From assembly GCA_001179505.1 (NCBI GenBank), contig CDMY01000427.1:1-64000 (forward strand): DNA of 64,000 nt, in the 5' to 3' direction. The notes beneath the pieces are model-generated. The model did no database searches. It was not told where the DNA came from and saw only the letters and a list, made by a program, of their open reading frames with translations. The number at the start of each line of letters is the position of its first letter. The first letter of the stretch is position 1. This DNA comes from Vitrella brassicaformis CCMP3155. Lineage: Eukaryota; Protista; Chromerida. The position numbers were made by a program, and so were the translations under genes. This document shows, piece by piece, positions 50,763 to 64,000 of this stretch.

Positions 50763-51753
50763 CTGAACACACAACACACACACGGAGAGGGGAAAGCTGA
50801 ACTGAAAGAGAAGGCAAGAGGGTAGATGTCGAGTGTTCGTCACGATATGAAGAGCTTTTGCTGACGGCTTACTTAGGAGCTCCGCTTTTATCTGAAGACA
50901 CAGCTCGCTTTGCTGCTGAATTTCTGAACACAGACTGCCTTTGTGGCTTCCATACGTGTTGTCGTCGTTGTGAAAACTTCTCGGCCGGCTGCAAGACACA
51001 AAGATGAATTACATAGTTTTTTCAGTCTGTCTCTTTTTCTCGCTTTTCTCCGTCGGACCAAGGGATCGCCTTTCTGGGAAGCAGCAGGCAGGGAATCCGA
51101 CGTGCACGTGAACACCAGACTCAAAGAGGCCGTCGCCCACCTCACCCACCTTAAGGGAAATGCGTCGAGAAAGAGAGACGGGAAAAAAGACAGAGCCACC
51201 ACTTCATGTGCACGTACAAACACGGCAAGAGAAGGCATCTGATCACACCCATGGCAACGAAATGCACCATGCGTTGATCCCTACACTTCATCCACACACC
51301 ACACCATCACCACACCCAAGAGACATGACGCACAAGGCCACACTCATATGTACTCGCCTGTTGGACATCGGTGTGTGCGAAAGAAGGCGCCTGGGCACTC
51401 AGCTGACGCCAGGCAGGCGCCAGCGGCTCCACAAAAGGCAGGGCGCCAGCAAACGAGGCCTCGCCCGGGGCACGGCGGTGGAGGAAAAAGTGGCGGATGA
51501 AATCCGGACGAGTTGGGAGGGGTACAGGGAGATGCGGCGGACAACACAAGCCAACAACCAGCCGAGAAGAGAAAGAAAAGGAGCAGATGTGGCCGAAACA
51601 AGGCTGGAAAGCCGAACGCGGCGAAAAAAGTGAAGAAACGGCTGCAGGCTCGTAAATATTTGTCTCCGTCTCAGCTCGCAAAATCTCGCCGCATTTGAAT
51701 TTCGCTTTCTGCGGACAACGGGAGGCCAGTAAAGGCAGACAGAGGCAGAGACG

Positions 51754-52510
51754 ATGGCTGCCGCCGCAGAAGAAGCCATGCAGAGATTGCGTGCGAAATC
51801 CGCGCACTTCTCTTTTTCGTCGGTTTGGTGGGACAAAGGTCTGACGTCTGAGATGCGCCTGTGTGGGTGCAGAGGTTCTTCATTTGACATCTAGTGGATC
51901 TTCAGCGAGGCAAAGTGTCACCGTCTCCTGAAATTCGCGAATGACTCCTACCTGCACGCATCGCGCACGGCCAGCATTTTGCCTGTGCTCCGTATGGCGG
52001 GTGAGGAGTGTGACACTATGCCGCTCACCATTGTCAATGACAACAGCAACACTGCCGGGGAGAGAGGCTGAACGAAGGAGCGTATTCGCTCATGCTCTCA
52101 GGCTTTCTCTCCGGGGGCTACTGTGGGCCGGATCGCAAGCATGTCGTTCGGAATCATGTCATTGCAACTTGAATGCATGCACGCTCATTTGTTGTCTGCT
52201 AACTCTACACCCATTCAACCCCTTTCCCCCCATTACACAGTCACAGCGGTGTGCAAAGATACAGATGGAAAAAAAAGAGTACATGGCACGCGAACTCATG
52301 CGGCGTCTCTGCTGCCTGTACACCCATCCCAACACATCTTGCTCTCGACATGCCGCAAAAACTCCTGAACGTCCTGCCACTGAACGTCTCGACACAGTGC
52401 AAGATGTCCAGGAGCTCAACCAGCGTATCGAGGACAAGACAGCGACTCATCCAGCCACCCCACCCCACCCCATCGCCCACCCATGTCTTAACTCCCCCCG
52501 TCCTTGTTGA
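51754..52510 (+). CDS. Possible small multi-exon hypothetical protein
   Basis: Exon-like segments MAAAAEEAMQRLRAK..., CHRLLKFANDSYLHAS... and QRCAKIQMEKKEYMARELMRRLCCLY. Splice phases not resolved. Confidence 0.3.
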
Positions 52511-53701
52511 TACCGATAACCTCGCACAGCAGGTGGTTCCACGGCCGCAGCGCGCGGAACGTGTCCACGGCGGCCTCCGCCAGCGCACTCGAGGAGTAGA
52601 AATCTATGTCCTTGCCCTCCACCTTGGTGCCCACGTGGAAGGACTTGAGCTGCAACAGCCTGACCGACGGGTGGTTCTTAGCGTAGCCCTTGGGCGCCGT
52701 CTTCAACCGGTCACAGCCCGCCAGTGGATCATCGCCTGCGCAATATGTGTCGACACAATCAGCAGCCAGCATTGTTCGTGAATGGTTCTGCTGCGCGTGT
52801 CGTGTGGCTGACTGACCGAATGTCTGCTTGAACGATGCGTCGTTTGTGACGGCTCCGATCTGCTTGTCGCCTCCGTCGTCGATGAACTTGCGGATGGTGT
52901 CGAGGTGGGTGGTCGACGGGCACCACATGCCGCCGCCAAACATGCTCTCGCCACTCGGATCAACACACACGTAGTACCCTGACACACCACCACACCACAG
53001 AGCACCACACCAAGAGCACACACACATGAGAATGCCTTCCTGTGCACAGATGGGTCATATGCCGGGTGCTCACCCGGTGAGGGTGTTTTCTTGTCCCCGG
53101 CGTACGATAGGAAGGCCGACATGGACGTCTTGTACGGCCGCTGGTCGGGGGTGAAACGCAAATCACCTGCATCAGGGAGGGACACACACGTGGGTGATTC
53201 TCGCACATCCATCGAACCTTCATTGTGTATGTTGTATCGTGCGTACGGTTCATCTTGAAGATGCAGTTTTTGGGGTCGAGGTCCTTGAGTGCCGGGTCGA
53301 ACTCCGCCACCTGGGCGATGATGCCCTTGACAAACTCCTGGAAATCGGCTCTCGCAGCGTCGTAGTGCTTCTTGTTGGACTTGACCCAGTCGCTACTGTT
53401 GTTGCTCGCCTGATGGGGGGATGCAACCAACGCACACAGCAGGGACACAGCACAAAACACATCCATCCATTGCTCGCCCTCCTCTCTTTGTTTCCCATGC
53501 ATCCTCGCCCACCAAATCATGCAGAAACGCTACAGTGGTCTCGTGCAGGCACGGCAGGCCACCGCCATCGCCAGCGGCAGCAGCGGCGGCAGCGCTATCG
53601 TCGGCTCTGGCTGGGCCGCTGGAGGTGCGGCAGGCCTTGAGCTGACGCACCTCATCGCCGAAGAACACGCCTCCGTATGGGGTGCCCTTCCTCTTAGACA
53701 T
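52488..53701 (-). CDS. DUF2461 (TIGR02453-like) family protein
   Basis: TVAFLHDL|ASNNSSDWVKSNKKHYD...IFKMNR|DLRFTPDQRPYKT...GYYVCVDPSGESMFGGGMWCP...LDTIRKFID...LKTAPKGYAKNHPSVRLLQLKSF. Confidence 0.88.
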
Positions 53702-53874
53702 GTCGCTTCTATTTCACCACACTCCGTTGCCTTCAAGCTCGCGCCTCGCGATGGTAGATCTCGCCTCACACACGAGTGCCTTCATCGATTGGAGCAAGAG
53801 GCGATTCATCCCATGGTGTTTTTCAGCGTGATCTGGCAACCGCCGTCTTGTATGTGACTTGTGACCATCTGACG

Positions 53875-55594
53875 ATGAGCTCTCCCGGTGTGGATCCGTC
53901 ACCGTCGCCTGACTCTCTGTCACGGCTGCAGTCGCCCTACAGTACGGTGTCTGAGCCGGGGCATGAAGGCATGGGAGAGCGGCGGAGAGGGAGCAACTCT
54001 TCCACCTCACGACCTGGGAGAAGGCCAAGGTCAGCAACTTTGCTTCAGACGCTGCTTCAGACGCTTCATTAATGGCATGTTTCTCTGTCTTTGTGTGTGC
54101 GTGTTTGCAGGTCACAGTCGCTTCACGAGCCGCTCCTCGACAAGGCGACCCTCTCCCTCCACTCCTTCTTGGCCGAAGACTTATATCGAGACCCCGATGC
54201 CGTTCCAGGACTGCCAGGTTCACTCGGCCCGCCGGTGCGCCGCCGCACGGCCCCTGGGAGTCGGCTGTCGTGGCCCCCTGGTGGCCGTGAGGTGCCGTCG
54301 TTTCTGCCGCCATCGCCCCTGCCTGGCGTCAAGGAGGAGGAAGTCATCGGGGAAGATGGTGAAGAGCTGATCGAGTATGAAGGGGTAAGCCGGATAGACA
54401 GGAGAGAGAGTGTGCATACACGTGCAGTGCACGCCTCTGTGTGTGTACGCCTCGGCAGGAGATGGTGGTATTGGTTCATCGGAAGAAGGCGAATGTGTTT
54501 GACACGGTGCTGACGATACTGAAGGCCTTCCTGGCCACCGCTGTCTTGTTCGTGCCCAGCGGTTTCCGCAATGGAGGCCTCTTGTTTAGTCCGCTGGTCA
54601 TGCTGGTGTCGGGCCTGTGCAACATCACATGCATGGTCAGACTCATCGAGTGCTGCCAACCAGGTGGGCGCCTACACCTAGCCACGTTCCTCTGCTGCAT
54701 TGTGTGTGTCCGGTGTGTAGATCGTGAGACGTTGGCAGAGATATCGCAGGCCGCCTTTGGCCATTGGGCGCGTGTGGCTGTCGACCTTTCCTTGCTGTTC
54801 AGCCAGGTGAGTGTGAGAGAGAGAAAGGTGGGAAGCGGCTGCATGACCATGTGTGTTGAACGTAGCTGGGATACTCGTGTGCATCACTCATATTTGTGGC
54901 GCAATGTCTGCAAGTGAGCTAACCAAAGGGGCTGGGAGGAAGAAGGAAACTAACGATGGGCTGTGTGTGTGTGTGTGTGTGTGTAGGATGTGTTGTTGAG
55001 TCTGACTGATTGTTCGCCGACCTTCAACGGCACGGTGGTGCTAGTGACCTTCATTTGGCTGCAGCTCTTCCTCTGCGTGCCCACTGCATGGGTGCGCAGA
55101 CTCAAGTAAGCCCGTGAACAGAGGAAATTCGTGGCCAACACACACGTGATTGGATCTCCATGCAGGTATTTGGCCCCGTCGTTTCTTCTCGCTGATGCTC
55201 TCATCGCACTCGGCCTCGCATCGATTGCCGGGTCACTGACACACACTGGACGTGTCTGCATATCGGTCTAATTCATGCAAATGTTGTGTGTGCAGTTATG
55301 CTGCGTATCATTTAGGCAGCTCGGGCACCACCAGTTCAGTGCAGCTTGTGAACAGGACACACTGGCCCGTCTTCCTCGGCTTTGCCGTCTACCTCTTCGA
55401 AGGTACGCAGCGACGAACACACGCAGATGTGCAACCAGCCGTGACACAGAGACTGCCTGGATAGGTGTCCCGGCGCTGCTTCCGATTCGCCATGCAATGG
55501 AACAGGACGACCAACACAAACTGCCGACCATACTTAGCAAGACGTGAGCAAGGCGGGCAGACTGAGACAAGGATGTGGTACCCTTGCTGCACAC

Positions 55595-55633
<39 letters not shown>

Positions 55634-56489
55634 AGGATGTGGGGGATAGTGCTCTTCGAAATCTTATTTGGGATGCTGGCCTACTCGGCATTCGGCGCAC
55701 AGACCAATCCCTTCATCCTGACCAATCTGCCCAACGTGCCCGTCACGTGGACACTGCAGGTAATTACCCATACACATGAATGAACCCATCAACGGGCCCA
55801 GTACCCTACCTCGTGTGTGTGTCTGTGTGTGTGTTTGTCAGTTTCTGTATGCCATGGCCTGTCTATTGACCTTCCCCATCATCTTGTGGCCGGTTACAAG
55901 GGCCTTGGAGGGCTGGCTATTCGAAGGCACGCCTTTCTCAATCGCGAGAAAGTGACTCACACGCAGACGTACACAGAGAGAGTGCAGCTGCCCTGGGTGC
56001 ACGCATCGATTTGTCATCTGTGCGTGCCCGTAGGTGGCGGAAGAACCTCCTTCGGACAGGTGTAGTTGTGTGTGGTGCGGTGGTCGCGACCATGGGCCAG
56101 AGTGACTTCAACTCATTCATCGCCATCGTGGGGTCCGTCTGCTGCGTCCCGCTGGGACTCATATACCCCGCTCTATTCCACCTCAAGTATGCAAACCATC
56201 TTACACGCACAGACGTTGCAGAACGCTCTTTTTCGCTTGCGTGGTCAGGCTGGTGTGTCTGCCTTCGTACTCTCCTGGTCTAATTGCGGGCCAGGACGGT
56301 GGCACGCTCAGTGGGGATGCACCACACGAGAAGGCGAGGCGAATGAAGGAGTGCTGGTGGGACAAGGGTGGTGTGCTCGACCTGGTGCTTATGGCGATTG
56401 GGGTGTGTGTGATGGTATTCACCGCCACGATGGCCATTCGGCTGTGGCGGAGCGAATCACCCATTAGCCATTGCGGAAAGCTTCAGTAG
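53875..56489 (+). CDS. Amino acid/auxin permease (AAAP, Aa_trans; SLC36/AVT3-like) transporter
   Basis: TILKAFLATAVLFVPSGFRNGGLLFS, FLGFAVYLFEG, LAYSAFG, TFPIILWPV and FIAIVGSVCCVPLGLIYPALFHLK. Many TM exons. Start codon approximate. Confidence 0.9.
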
Positions 56490-56694
56490 AGTGGTGCTCG
56501 TGTCTATTTGTGTGTTGATTGTGTGGACATTTCTGGACTGTGTGTGTTGATTCATAAAGCATTTCGTGGATGCAGCCCCGGCTCCACACATGAGAGACAT
56601 GAAGTAGAGTTGCTGGCTGACAAATACAAACAAATACCCCATACGACCCCCCACACACCACACCCACACGATGACACGACGGTTCCACGTCGCC

Positions 56695-58560
56695 TCATTT
56701 CTTCTTTTTGCCCTTTTTCTTTCCCTTCTTGGCCCTCTCCTCCTTCCGATCGTCGGCCTCCTGATGTGACAGCAACACACACACACATAACAACATACAC
56801 GGAGAGATGACGCCAGTGACTGTTGTGTGTGTGGGTGTTTGCCTGCATGAGTTGGTCCATGAGGTCCTTCTCCTTCTGCGCATCGTCCTCCGCCGCCCTC
56901 TGCCAGTCAGCCAAACGATCCTGAACGGAACACACGCGCACGCACACGGCAATAGCCAGTTGCCAGGCAGATTTTTGTGTCTCTTGTCGCCCTCCCTGCC
57001 TACCTTCATTCGGTGCAGCCGCCTTTCCTCCACAGCTTCAATCTCCAACCTGACACACACACCCATACAGTGACCGCCGGCCCACCTGTCACTGCGTGCT
57101 GAACTTACCTCATGGCCTCGAGAGCCATGTCATAGTGCTTCCTCCTGAGGTCCTCGGCATACATGGTGTGCCGCTCCATCTTCTCGCGACGCCGCAGCTC
57201 ACTCTGCCGCTCACTGTTGCGCGCCAGCAGGGCCTGCAGACGACGGTGCTGCGCCACCTCTGACACCACACACACAGGGGAGAGACACGGGTCAGAGTGG
57301 CCGGCCGGGTCGTGTGAACTCGTGTGTCTACCGAGCTCGTTGTTGCCCATGTCGATCTGCGTGATGTATTCATTTCGTTCGAGGGACTTCAGCAGCGCCT
57401 CACCTGATGCCTGATAGAGCAGAGAAGGAATGCACCTGACGACAGACAGAGACGTGGCCAGTGCATGTCTCGGCTACGGGAAGAATGTGGTTTTTGAAGA
57501 GGTTGAGGACTCTGATCCCCCGGTTGTGCTCCAGCCTCGTGAAAAACAGTGTCAGGCCGCTCTCGTCGTTGCCATTCGCAGTCAACAGGTTGTTGGACAG
57601 ATTGAGATACTTCAAGCTGGACGAAGCGACACACGCATACACATAGATGTTCACGTCTCCCTCGCTCCCTCTATCTGCAACACCCACCTGGTGTTCTCCT
57701 TGAGTGCCACTGCGAACGCCTTTGCCGATTCAACACCCAGATAGTTGCCCTCGAGGTCGAGCGCACCCAGGTACTTGTTCTGCCTGAGCATCTGCGCCAC
57801 CACCTCACCGTCCTGGTCAGTCAGGCCGCGACGAGACAGGTCCAGGCTGAAGAGGGACTTGTTGTTGGCCAGACCATCCTGCAAAGAGAAGAACGGGCAC
57901 GATGAGGTCAACCGAGGCGATGTTGTGATTGTCGTGGCTTGCCTGCATGAGCAGCCTGAGCCTGACGGGGTTGAGGTCGAGTCCGGAGAGGGCCACGTCT
58001 CTGTCTGACGTGTTGCTCTTGAGCTGATGGATCAGCTTCTCAAGACCTGACACAAGTGAATGGATGGAACAATCATCGATCGCATCTGTGTGTCCGTGGG
58101 GTCCTCACCTCCTTCCAGCCTGCTCCTCTGCTCCTCTTCCTCGCGCCTCTTCCTCTCCTCCTGCACACACACACAGGCAATCGTTGGTTATCGCCTGCCT
58201 CTCCGGAAGAATGAAAGACATGCAGTGGCGATTCGCTGACTGACCTCTTCCATTCGTTTCCTCCTCTCCTGCTGTCTCCTCTTCTCCTCCTGCTCTTTGA
58301 GGCGCCGCTCGGCCTCCTTCTGCTGCTGCTCCTTGATACGAGCTGCCTCCTCCTGCAGTGCACAGGCAACACACAACACAACAACACAGGTTTGCATGAT
58401 GCATCGGTCGGTTTGTGCGTCTTACCTCTTTCCTTCTGAGTTCCATTTCCCTCTTGCGTGCGAGCATGGCCTTGGTCCTCTCAGTCTGTGGCAGAATCTC
58501 CACCACAGGCTCGAAGACCAGCCCGCCACTCGCAGGCGCATCGTTGTCGGCGTCACCCAT
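56695..58560 (-). CDS. RNI-like leucine-rich-repeat protein with N- and C-terminal coiled coils (possibly ciliary)
   Basis: LFSLDLSRRGL, LGALDLEGNYLG, LKYLNLSNNLL, IRVLNLFKNHI and ITQIDMGNNEL. E/K/R-rich coils and a lysine-rich end (KKGKKKGKKKK*). Confidence 0.85.
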
Positions 58561-58813
58561 GACGGTGGAGGAATCAACGACAACAAGCAAAGAGCTGAAA
58601 CAAACAGTGGAAAGTGTCCGAACCAAAAAGAAGCAGCAACTTGAATTCACTTTCAGCCCCACTGCAAGGTAGGGTTTCGTACGTTTCATGCCCTATCCAC
58701 CCGATTCTTCTGTGTGCTGCAGATCTGCACCTTTGCTCAGCTGCAGGTGAAATAACACTGTGATTGATGATCACGTGACGTGTTGCTTCGTATTTCCTGG
58801 TGTTCTCTTGCAG

Positions 58814-61602
58814 ATGGATTCTCTCGAGCTTGCTCTCGGGTGGGATGCGGATCTCCCAGAGCCCGATGAGTCCCCTGTCTGTGAGGTGGTCTTCATCAAG
58901 AGGGGTGAAGATCCCGATAGCGTTGGCGAGGGCCGCAGACTGCGTGTCAGCAGAGAGATATTGATGGAGTTCGAGTACTTCAGAACGGTGAGCAAGGCGA
59001 GCACACAGCAAGGACGCAGGGAAGAAATACTTGAGGGCTCTCTTGTGCTTGCATTGGCTTCGTTCAGATGGAGTCGCTCTCTTTGTCGAGCCATCGAGTG
59101 CAGCCATCCAATCGCTTTGTCATTGTGGATGTAGACTCGCAAGTGGCGGCCATCGTCCTGCAGAGCGAGAGGGCGATGGTCAAGTCGCTGACCGAGGACA
59201 ACTTCATCGACGTGTTGGTGGCACTGGAGTACTTCACCGGTGGATGCTCTCATAGTGTCTTGAAATGTATCGCGACAAAGGTGGGAGCGACGGACACGTA
59301 ATTGATGCACACATACTCCAACCCAACCACACTTGTGGTGGGCAGAAGCTTTGTGTGTATGTGTGTGTGCAGATAGACCGCCAGTTCCTAGGCGACAGCG
59401 TGTGTGTCATGGCCCTTCTGCAGTCCCTCGACCAGCCTCCCATCGGCCGCCTCATCTCCGGCCACCTCCACCGGACTGCCCTCGCTGACATGGTGATCCA
59501 CCATCCCGAGTGCATCAAGCCGCTGTACAACAGGGTGCCCGGCGATGAGGCCAGACAGGCCGCTATCGTCCTCGTCGACAACATCGATCGGTCGTCCTGG
59601 TGGCCAGCGACACAGCAGATGGGGCACTTCCTCACCGAGGCCACCAACTCTCCTTCCCTCCGTGACGCACTACGTACGTGGCCGAGTCTCCCCATTTTTA
59701 CCCCTCCGTGCCTGCATCTGTTTTCTTGTCGTCTTGTAATCTTCAGATAAGGTGTCCGCTTCCCGCAAGCGCTCCCTGCACACCCATACGATCGAGCCCT
59801 TCCAGCCCTTTGGGACCACCGCCACCCCTGTCACCCTTCAGGACCTTCGCGTGACCATTCGACCCTGGAAGGTCTGTCGGTGTGCTCCAATGGACGATCA
59901 AGGCCACAAGGGTACGCCAATAGACTGATGTTCCGCATGCCACTCTCTTCATGCGTATGTGCTCTCTTCTGGGCGTCCATCAGGATTGGAGGACGAATCG
60001 GTTGACACGGCCAAGGCGCTGCACATGCGCATCGCCCAGAGCGGACACAAGGTGACGGAGGTGACCAAGTGGCAGGTTCTCACGGTGCCGGCGCCTGCAT
60101 TCCCCGGGACGGCGTGTCATTCGATCAGCGGCGTGCTAACAATCGAGAGGAAGGGCCAGCCCCCCGTGACCCTCCATAGCATCGATGACTTCGTGTCACC
60201 CATGTGTGTCACGATCGACGACGAGAAGTGTCAGACGTCGATGGAGGTGGCCAATCTGCCGGCCGACGAGCTGGTGCGACAGGGGGTGGGGGATGTGCGG
60301 CTGAAAAAGGTGACGCTGCGGCTGACGGTGACGCGCTACCCATACGCGACGGTCGCATTGCACTATCTGCGCGTTTGTATTGAGCAGCGGAAGTGGAGTG
60401 AGATCAACCAGATGTCTCAGTAAGCGGACGAGAGACCAAAAAAGAGAGAGGGAGAGGGAGAGGGCAGACACAAAGACACGTCCGCTTTTGCTGTCGGTGT
60501 GGTGTGCGTGTCAGTGCACTGGGCAAGGAGGCAAGGGAGACTGTGCTCGAGCAGCTGTGTCATTTGGAGCCGAGGACCACCTCACGGCTGGCGGCCGTGG
60601 TGGGCCACTGGTGCCGCGACGCCATCACCGAGCTCAGCCCAGAGCTGTCGGCAGCCGTGGCCCGAGTGCCCAGCCCGCCCGACACCAGGACATCAACCTG
60701 CCCCAACATCCTCTCGACGTATAGTGATGACATGCGTGTGTTCCTCGAGCACGTGCTACCGCTGATGCAGCCCTCGCACCAGCGGCAGTGGTGCGAAGAG
60801 GCACGCGCCGTTGGGCCACTCTGTCAGCTCCTGAAGGAAACCAAGGTGAGTTAGTGAGTACCTGAGCACCTACTTGCTCACAAGGATGTGACGTTGTCCT
60901 AATCGTGTGTCCAGGCTGACAGGGACTGCATTAAGGATCTCCGTCGCACCATCCAAAACCTGCAGACGTGACACACACACACAAACACACACACACACAC
61001 GCAGAGAGAGAGACAGAGAGAGAGGCGAAGCCATCCATGTATGTGGTCTCTACTTTTCTTCAGCGAGTCGGCATTGAAGGACGCTGAGATAGCACGCCTC
61101 AAGGCGAAACTTGGAGAGGCCTCACGCGACAGGTGAGGGGATAGAGGGGTCACGAAAGGTGGAAATTATAACCCCCCCNNNNNNNNNNNNNNNNNNNNNN
61201 NNNNNNNNNNNNNNNNNNNNNNNNNNNNNNNNNNNNNNNNNNNNNNNNNNNNNNNNNNNNNNNNNNNNNNNNNNNNNNNNNNNNNNNNNNNNNNNNNNNN
61301 NNNNNNNNNNNNNNNNNNNNNNNNNNNNNNNNNNNNNNNNNNNNNNNNNNNNNNNNNNNNNNNNNNNNNNNNNNNNNNNNNNNNNNNNNNNNNNNNNNNN
61401 NNNNNNNNNNNNNNNNNNNNNNNNNNNNNNNNNNNNNNNNNNNNNNNNNNNNNNNNNNNNNNNNNNNNNNNNNNNNNNCCCCCCCCCCCCCCCCCGACGG
61501 CTGTGCGATTTGTTTGTCTGCAGGAGTGGCGTGTCGTCGACTGACAAGGCATCCTCTCCGACCTCAACTCACGCAGACTGGTCAGCTTCTTATTTGCACT
61601 AG
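58814..61602 (+). CDS. BTB/POZ-domain protein with C-terminal coiled coil (paralog B); 3' end crosses a gap
   Basis: RLRVSREILMEFEYFRT...LTEDNFIDVLVALEYF. Shares FLTEAT and GDVRLKKVTLRLTV..YP..TVALHYLRVC with the gene at 138-2620. Confidence 0.72.
61179..61478. other. Assembly gap (300 N) between poly-C runs
   Basis: Read directly. Confidence 0.99.
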
Positions 61603-62341
61603 GCTGCCGCCGTTCGATGACATCGGTGCATTTCCCCTTGTGCTGTATTCCCTTTGATTTCAGCCAAGCCACCACGTCGACCACCACTACGTCGACCCCA
61701 GCTGCCGACAGCCAACGCGGTACGGGCGCGGATGCATGTACGGCACCCTGGCTGGCTTCGTGTGCGGTGCGCGAGCTGTCTGTCTGTGTGGTGTGTCTGC
61801 TATGCCGTCAGATGTTGCTCCATCGCCGCCAATCTTCATCTTTGGCCGGCAATATTGATTGAGAGACAGATAGACTGACAGATGATGCGCGGTGCGGTTC
61901 GTAGACAGATGATGCAATTCGACTCGATCGCGATGTGCATACGAGATGCGTCTGAGGTCCGTTCACGCATTCATAGCTTGATGGACGGCCCTTCTGTCGT
62001 GTGTGTGTTCGTCTGTGCATGAGACCCTTTCCCCCACCCTACTGTACAGCCTTACTATGCTATGCTATGCAATGCTCGTCTCAGACACGATTACACAATC
62101 ACTCGGCGAAGGCTTAGCTGTGTGGCGTCAACCATGACCAGATGCATCCATTGCTCCCCGCCTCATGAACACACGACTACACCAAGTAAGTAGACGATGT
62201 CACCCTCCTTGCAATGTCATCATCACCAGCGTCCGACTCGCATGTCATTGCCAGCTCAACACCCACTGCACAGACAGAGGCAAGGCGGAGACACCACGTC
62301 GCACATCTGGCATTTTGTCGCTGGACGTGTTCGTACCGTCG

Positions 62342-63649
62342 CTATCGGCCGAACATCCTGGCTGCGACGTCGGGTCCCAGCACAGCACGGGCCAGCCGAG
62401 TGGTCTGCGGGAAGCGGTTCTTGAAGGCAGCACCCACGCCCCACTCAGCCGCCTCGGTCGTGAAGAACCCAACACGCACTGCAGACCAGAAAACATGGCA
62501 ACAAGTACCCATGCTGTGGTTATGAGGATGCCGATTCTGCGCTGAGCTTACTCATCCCGGACATCCAGTAGTCCGGTCCGAGATGTCCATCCACGCGACG
62601 AATGAGTGGCTGGCGTCGGTCAGCACGAGACGATGACGACGGTCGCTGCCGGCTCCGCAGCAGAATGCGGTCGTGGTGCTGCATCCCTCCACTGGTACGT
62701 GGGGCGACTCCATCAGCAGGATGTGCAGCCGATTGTTCCCAGCATGCCTGAGAAATGACGTGCGCACACACACACATCGACTAAGAGACACACGTGGGGA
62801 CGGACTGCCTGTTCACCTATCGACTATGAAGACGCCAGCTTGATTCCACGCAGCGTTCGAATGAGTGCGCCCGAAGTGGCTGAGAAGGACTCTCTTGACG
62901 AGCGACGACATAGAGGAATCGGTGAATGCAGAATGAGACGGCACCGCCCCCCCGGAATGGGTAATTCTGCTACGAACGGGTGGGTCGTGCGGCTGTCTGT
63001 ACTGCTGGTATGAGTGGCCGGCAGGGAGGGATGGGTTCAACGTGAGCTCGAGTCTGTTATAGTCCTTGATGGCGCGCAGCCTCCCGCCACGCTGGAAAAT
63101 CCGCATCGTCAAGCCGTTACCCCAGTGGATGTGGCGGCCGACCATCTTGAGCTGAGCCAACACATGAGGAGTGGCCATGTACACCTGCACATACAATAAA
63201 CACAGCCAATATCAGTGAGCCATCCTGACCATCCCCTGCCTGCCTGCCTGCCTGCTGACCATCTTGTTTTTGTGTTGGTGTAGATCAGCAGCAGTGAGGA
63301 TGATGGGCAGCTGGCAGTAGCCCAACTGCATCGCCAGGTCAATCGCCTCAGCCATCTCGCCCCAGCCACCCAACTCAACTACACACACGGCCGTCAGCAG
63401 CTCCGCCACATCCATCTGCCGATCGTCGAATGACAGCAGCTGCTGTCCGGTGGCCGTCCGTCGCAGCCCCGCCTGTGTGCTGAGGGAATGGCTGAGCCGC
63501 TGTCGCAGCTCAGGCGCTTGAAAGAGGTCTCTCAGCCATGTACAAGTCGTTCTCAGCCGCAATATGTCTGCGAGGCTCAGCACGTAGAAGGTCCGAGGGC
63601 CGACGAAGTAATACAAAATGGGATGCTGCTGATGGTGCGTGTGCTGCAT
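62342..63649 (-). CDS. Lineage-expanded F-box-like hypothetical protein (Vitrella-type), multi-exon
   Basis: YFVGPRTFYVLSLADILRLRTTCTWLRDLF...GGWGEMAEAIDLA...LPIILTAADL|VYMATPHVLAQLKMVGRHIHWG...|...FKNRFPQTTRLARAVLG...MFGR*. Confidence 0.75.
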
Positions 63650-63937
63650 CACGGCGCCGGCGCAGCGGGATGAATCAACAGCACTCGGGACCAACCGGGT
63701 GGATTCCGGTGAGAAGGACGGGGCGAGAAGAGGCGATGGGTGAATCGCGATGCCGGGCAAGTTGAGGGCGAATGTGATGCGGGAAGCCCTCAAAAGAGCA
63801 ACACAAAAGAGGGGAGATCTGCAAATGAGCTCGCAGATCTTTGCGAGCTTAGCCGCTTCCCTTCCCTCTCACAGCCCCCTTCTCTCGCCTTTCCCACTTT
63901 TCCGTCGGTTGATTGAGGCGTATCCCCGGTCTTCGTG

Positions 63938-64000
63938 ATGAAGGAGGAGAAGCAGAAGTCCCCGCAGGCAGTGGGAGATGCCCTGGCGGCCGTGAAGGTG
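63938..64000 (+). CDS. Possible start of the next gene (MKEEKQKSPQAVGDALAAVKV...), truncated by the window
   Basis: ATG with an open GC3-rich frame to the window end, divergent from the gene at 63649. Confidence 0.35.
   Translation, partial: MKEEKQKSPQAVGDALAAVKV

Overview
Eukaryotic, GC-rich, intron-dense genomic scaffold with three 300-N gaps. It is very probably the chromerid alga Vitrella brassicaformis or a close relative; this is inferred from CA/TG/GA-microsatellite introns, a plastid-type NAD(P)-GAPDH and lineage-specific F-box-like families. Two blocks of ordinary genes (about 15.8-30.2 kb and 52-64 kb) encode PPIL1 cyclophilin, a helical-repeat organellar protein, an exostosin/GT47 glycosyltransferase, plastid GAPDH, a cathepsin-B-like pseudoprotease, DUF2461, an AAAP amino-acid transporter, an LRR coiled-coil protein and a BTB protein. 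They flank or adjoin a plastic region (about 3.9-15.6 kb and 31-50.8 kb) built from shuffled, shared exon modules. A ~20-nt motif, (A)TYGCYGCCTNCRTTTTATAT, occurs 13 times in one orientation between 30,991 and 49,365, nearly always just after a splice acceptor. Modules carrying this motif are joined to different decayed or divergent gene pieces: a CNOT1 DUF3819-like domain, a clathrin heavy-chain fragment, a divergent kinase with a PAM2 motif, a UBM-like motif and duplicated USP His-box exons. This is the best candidate for an undescribed system, a portable leader/exon cassette associated with gene-fragment chimeras. All domain calls come from recalled motif similarity read by eye, not database searches, and exon boundaries are manual GT-AG inferences.
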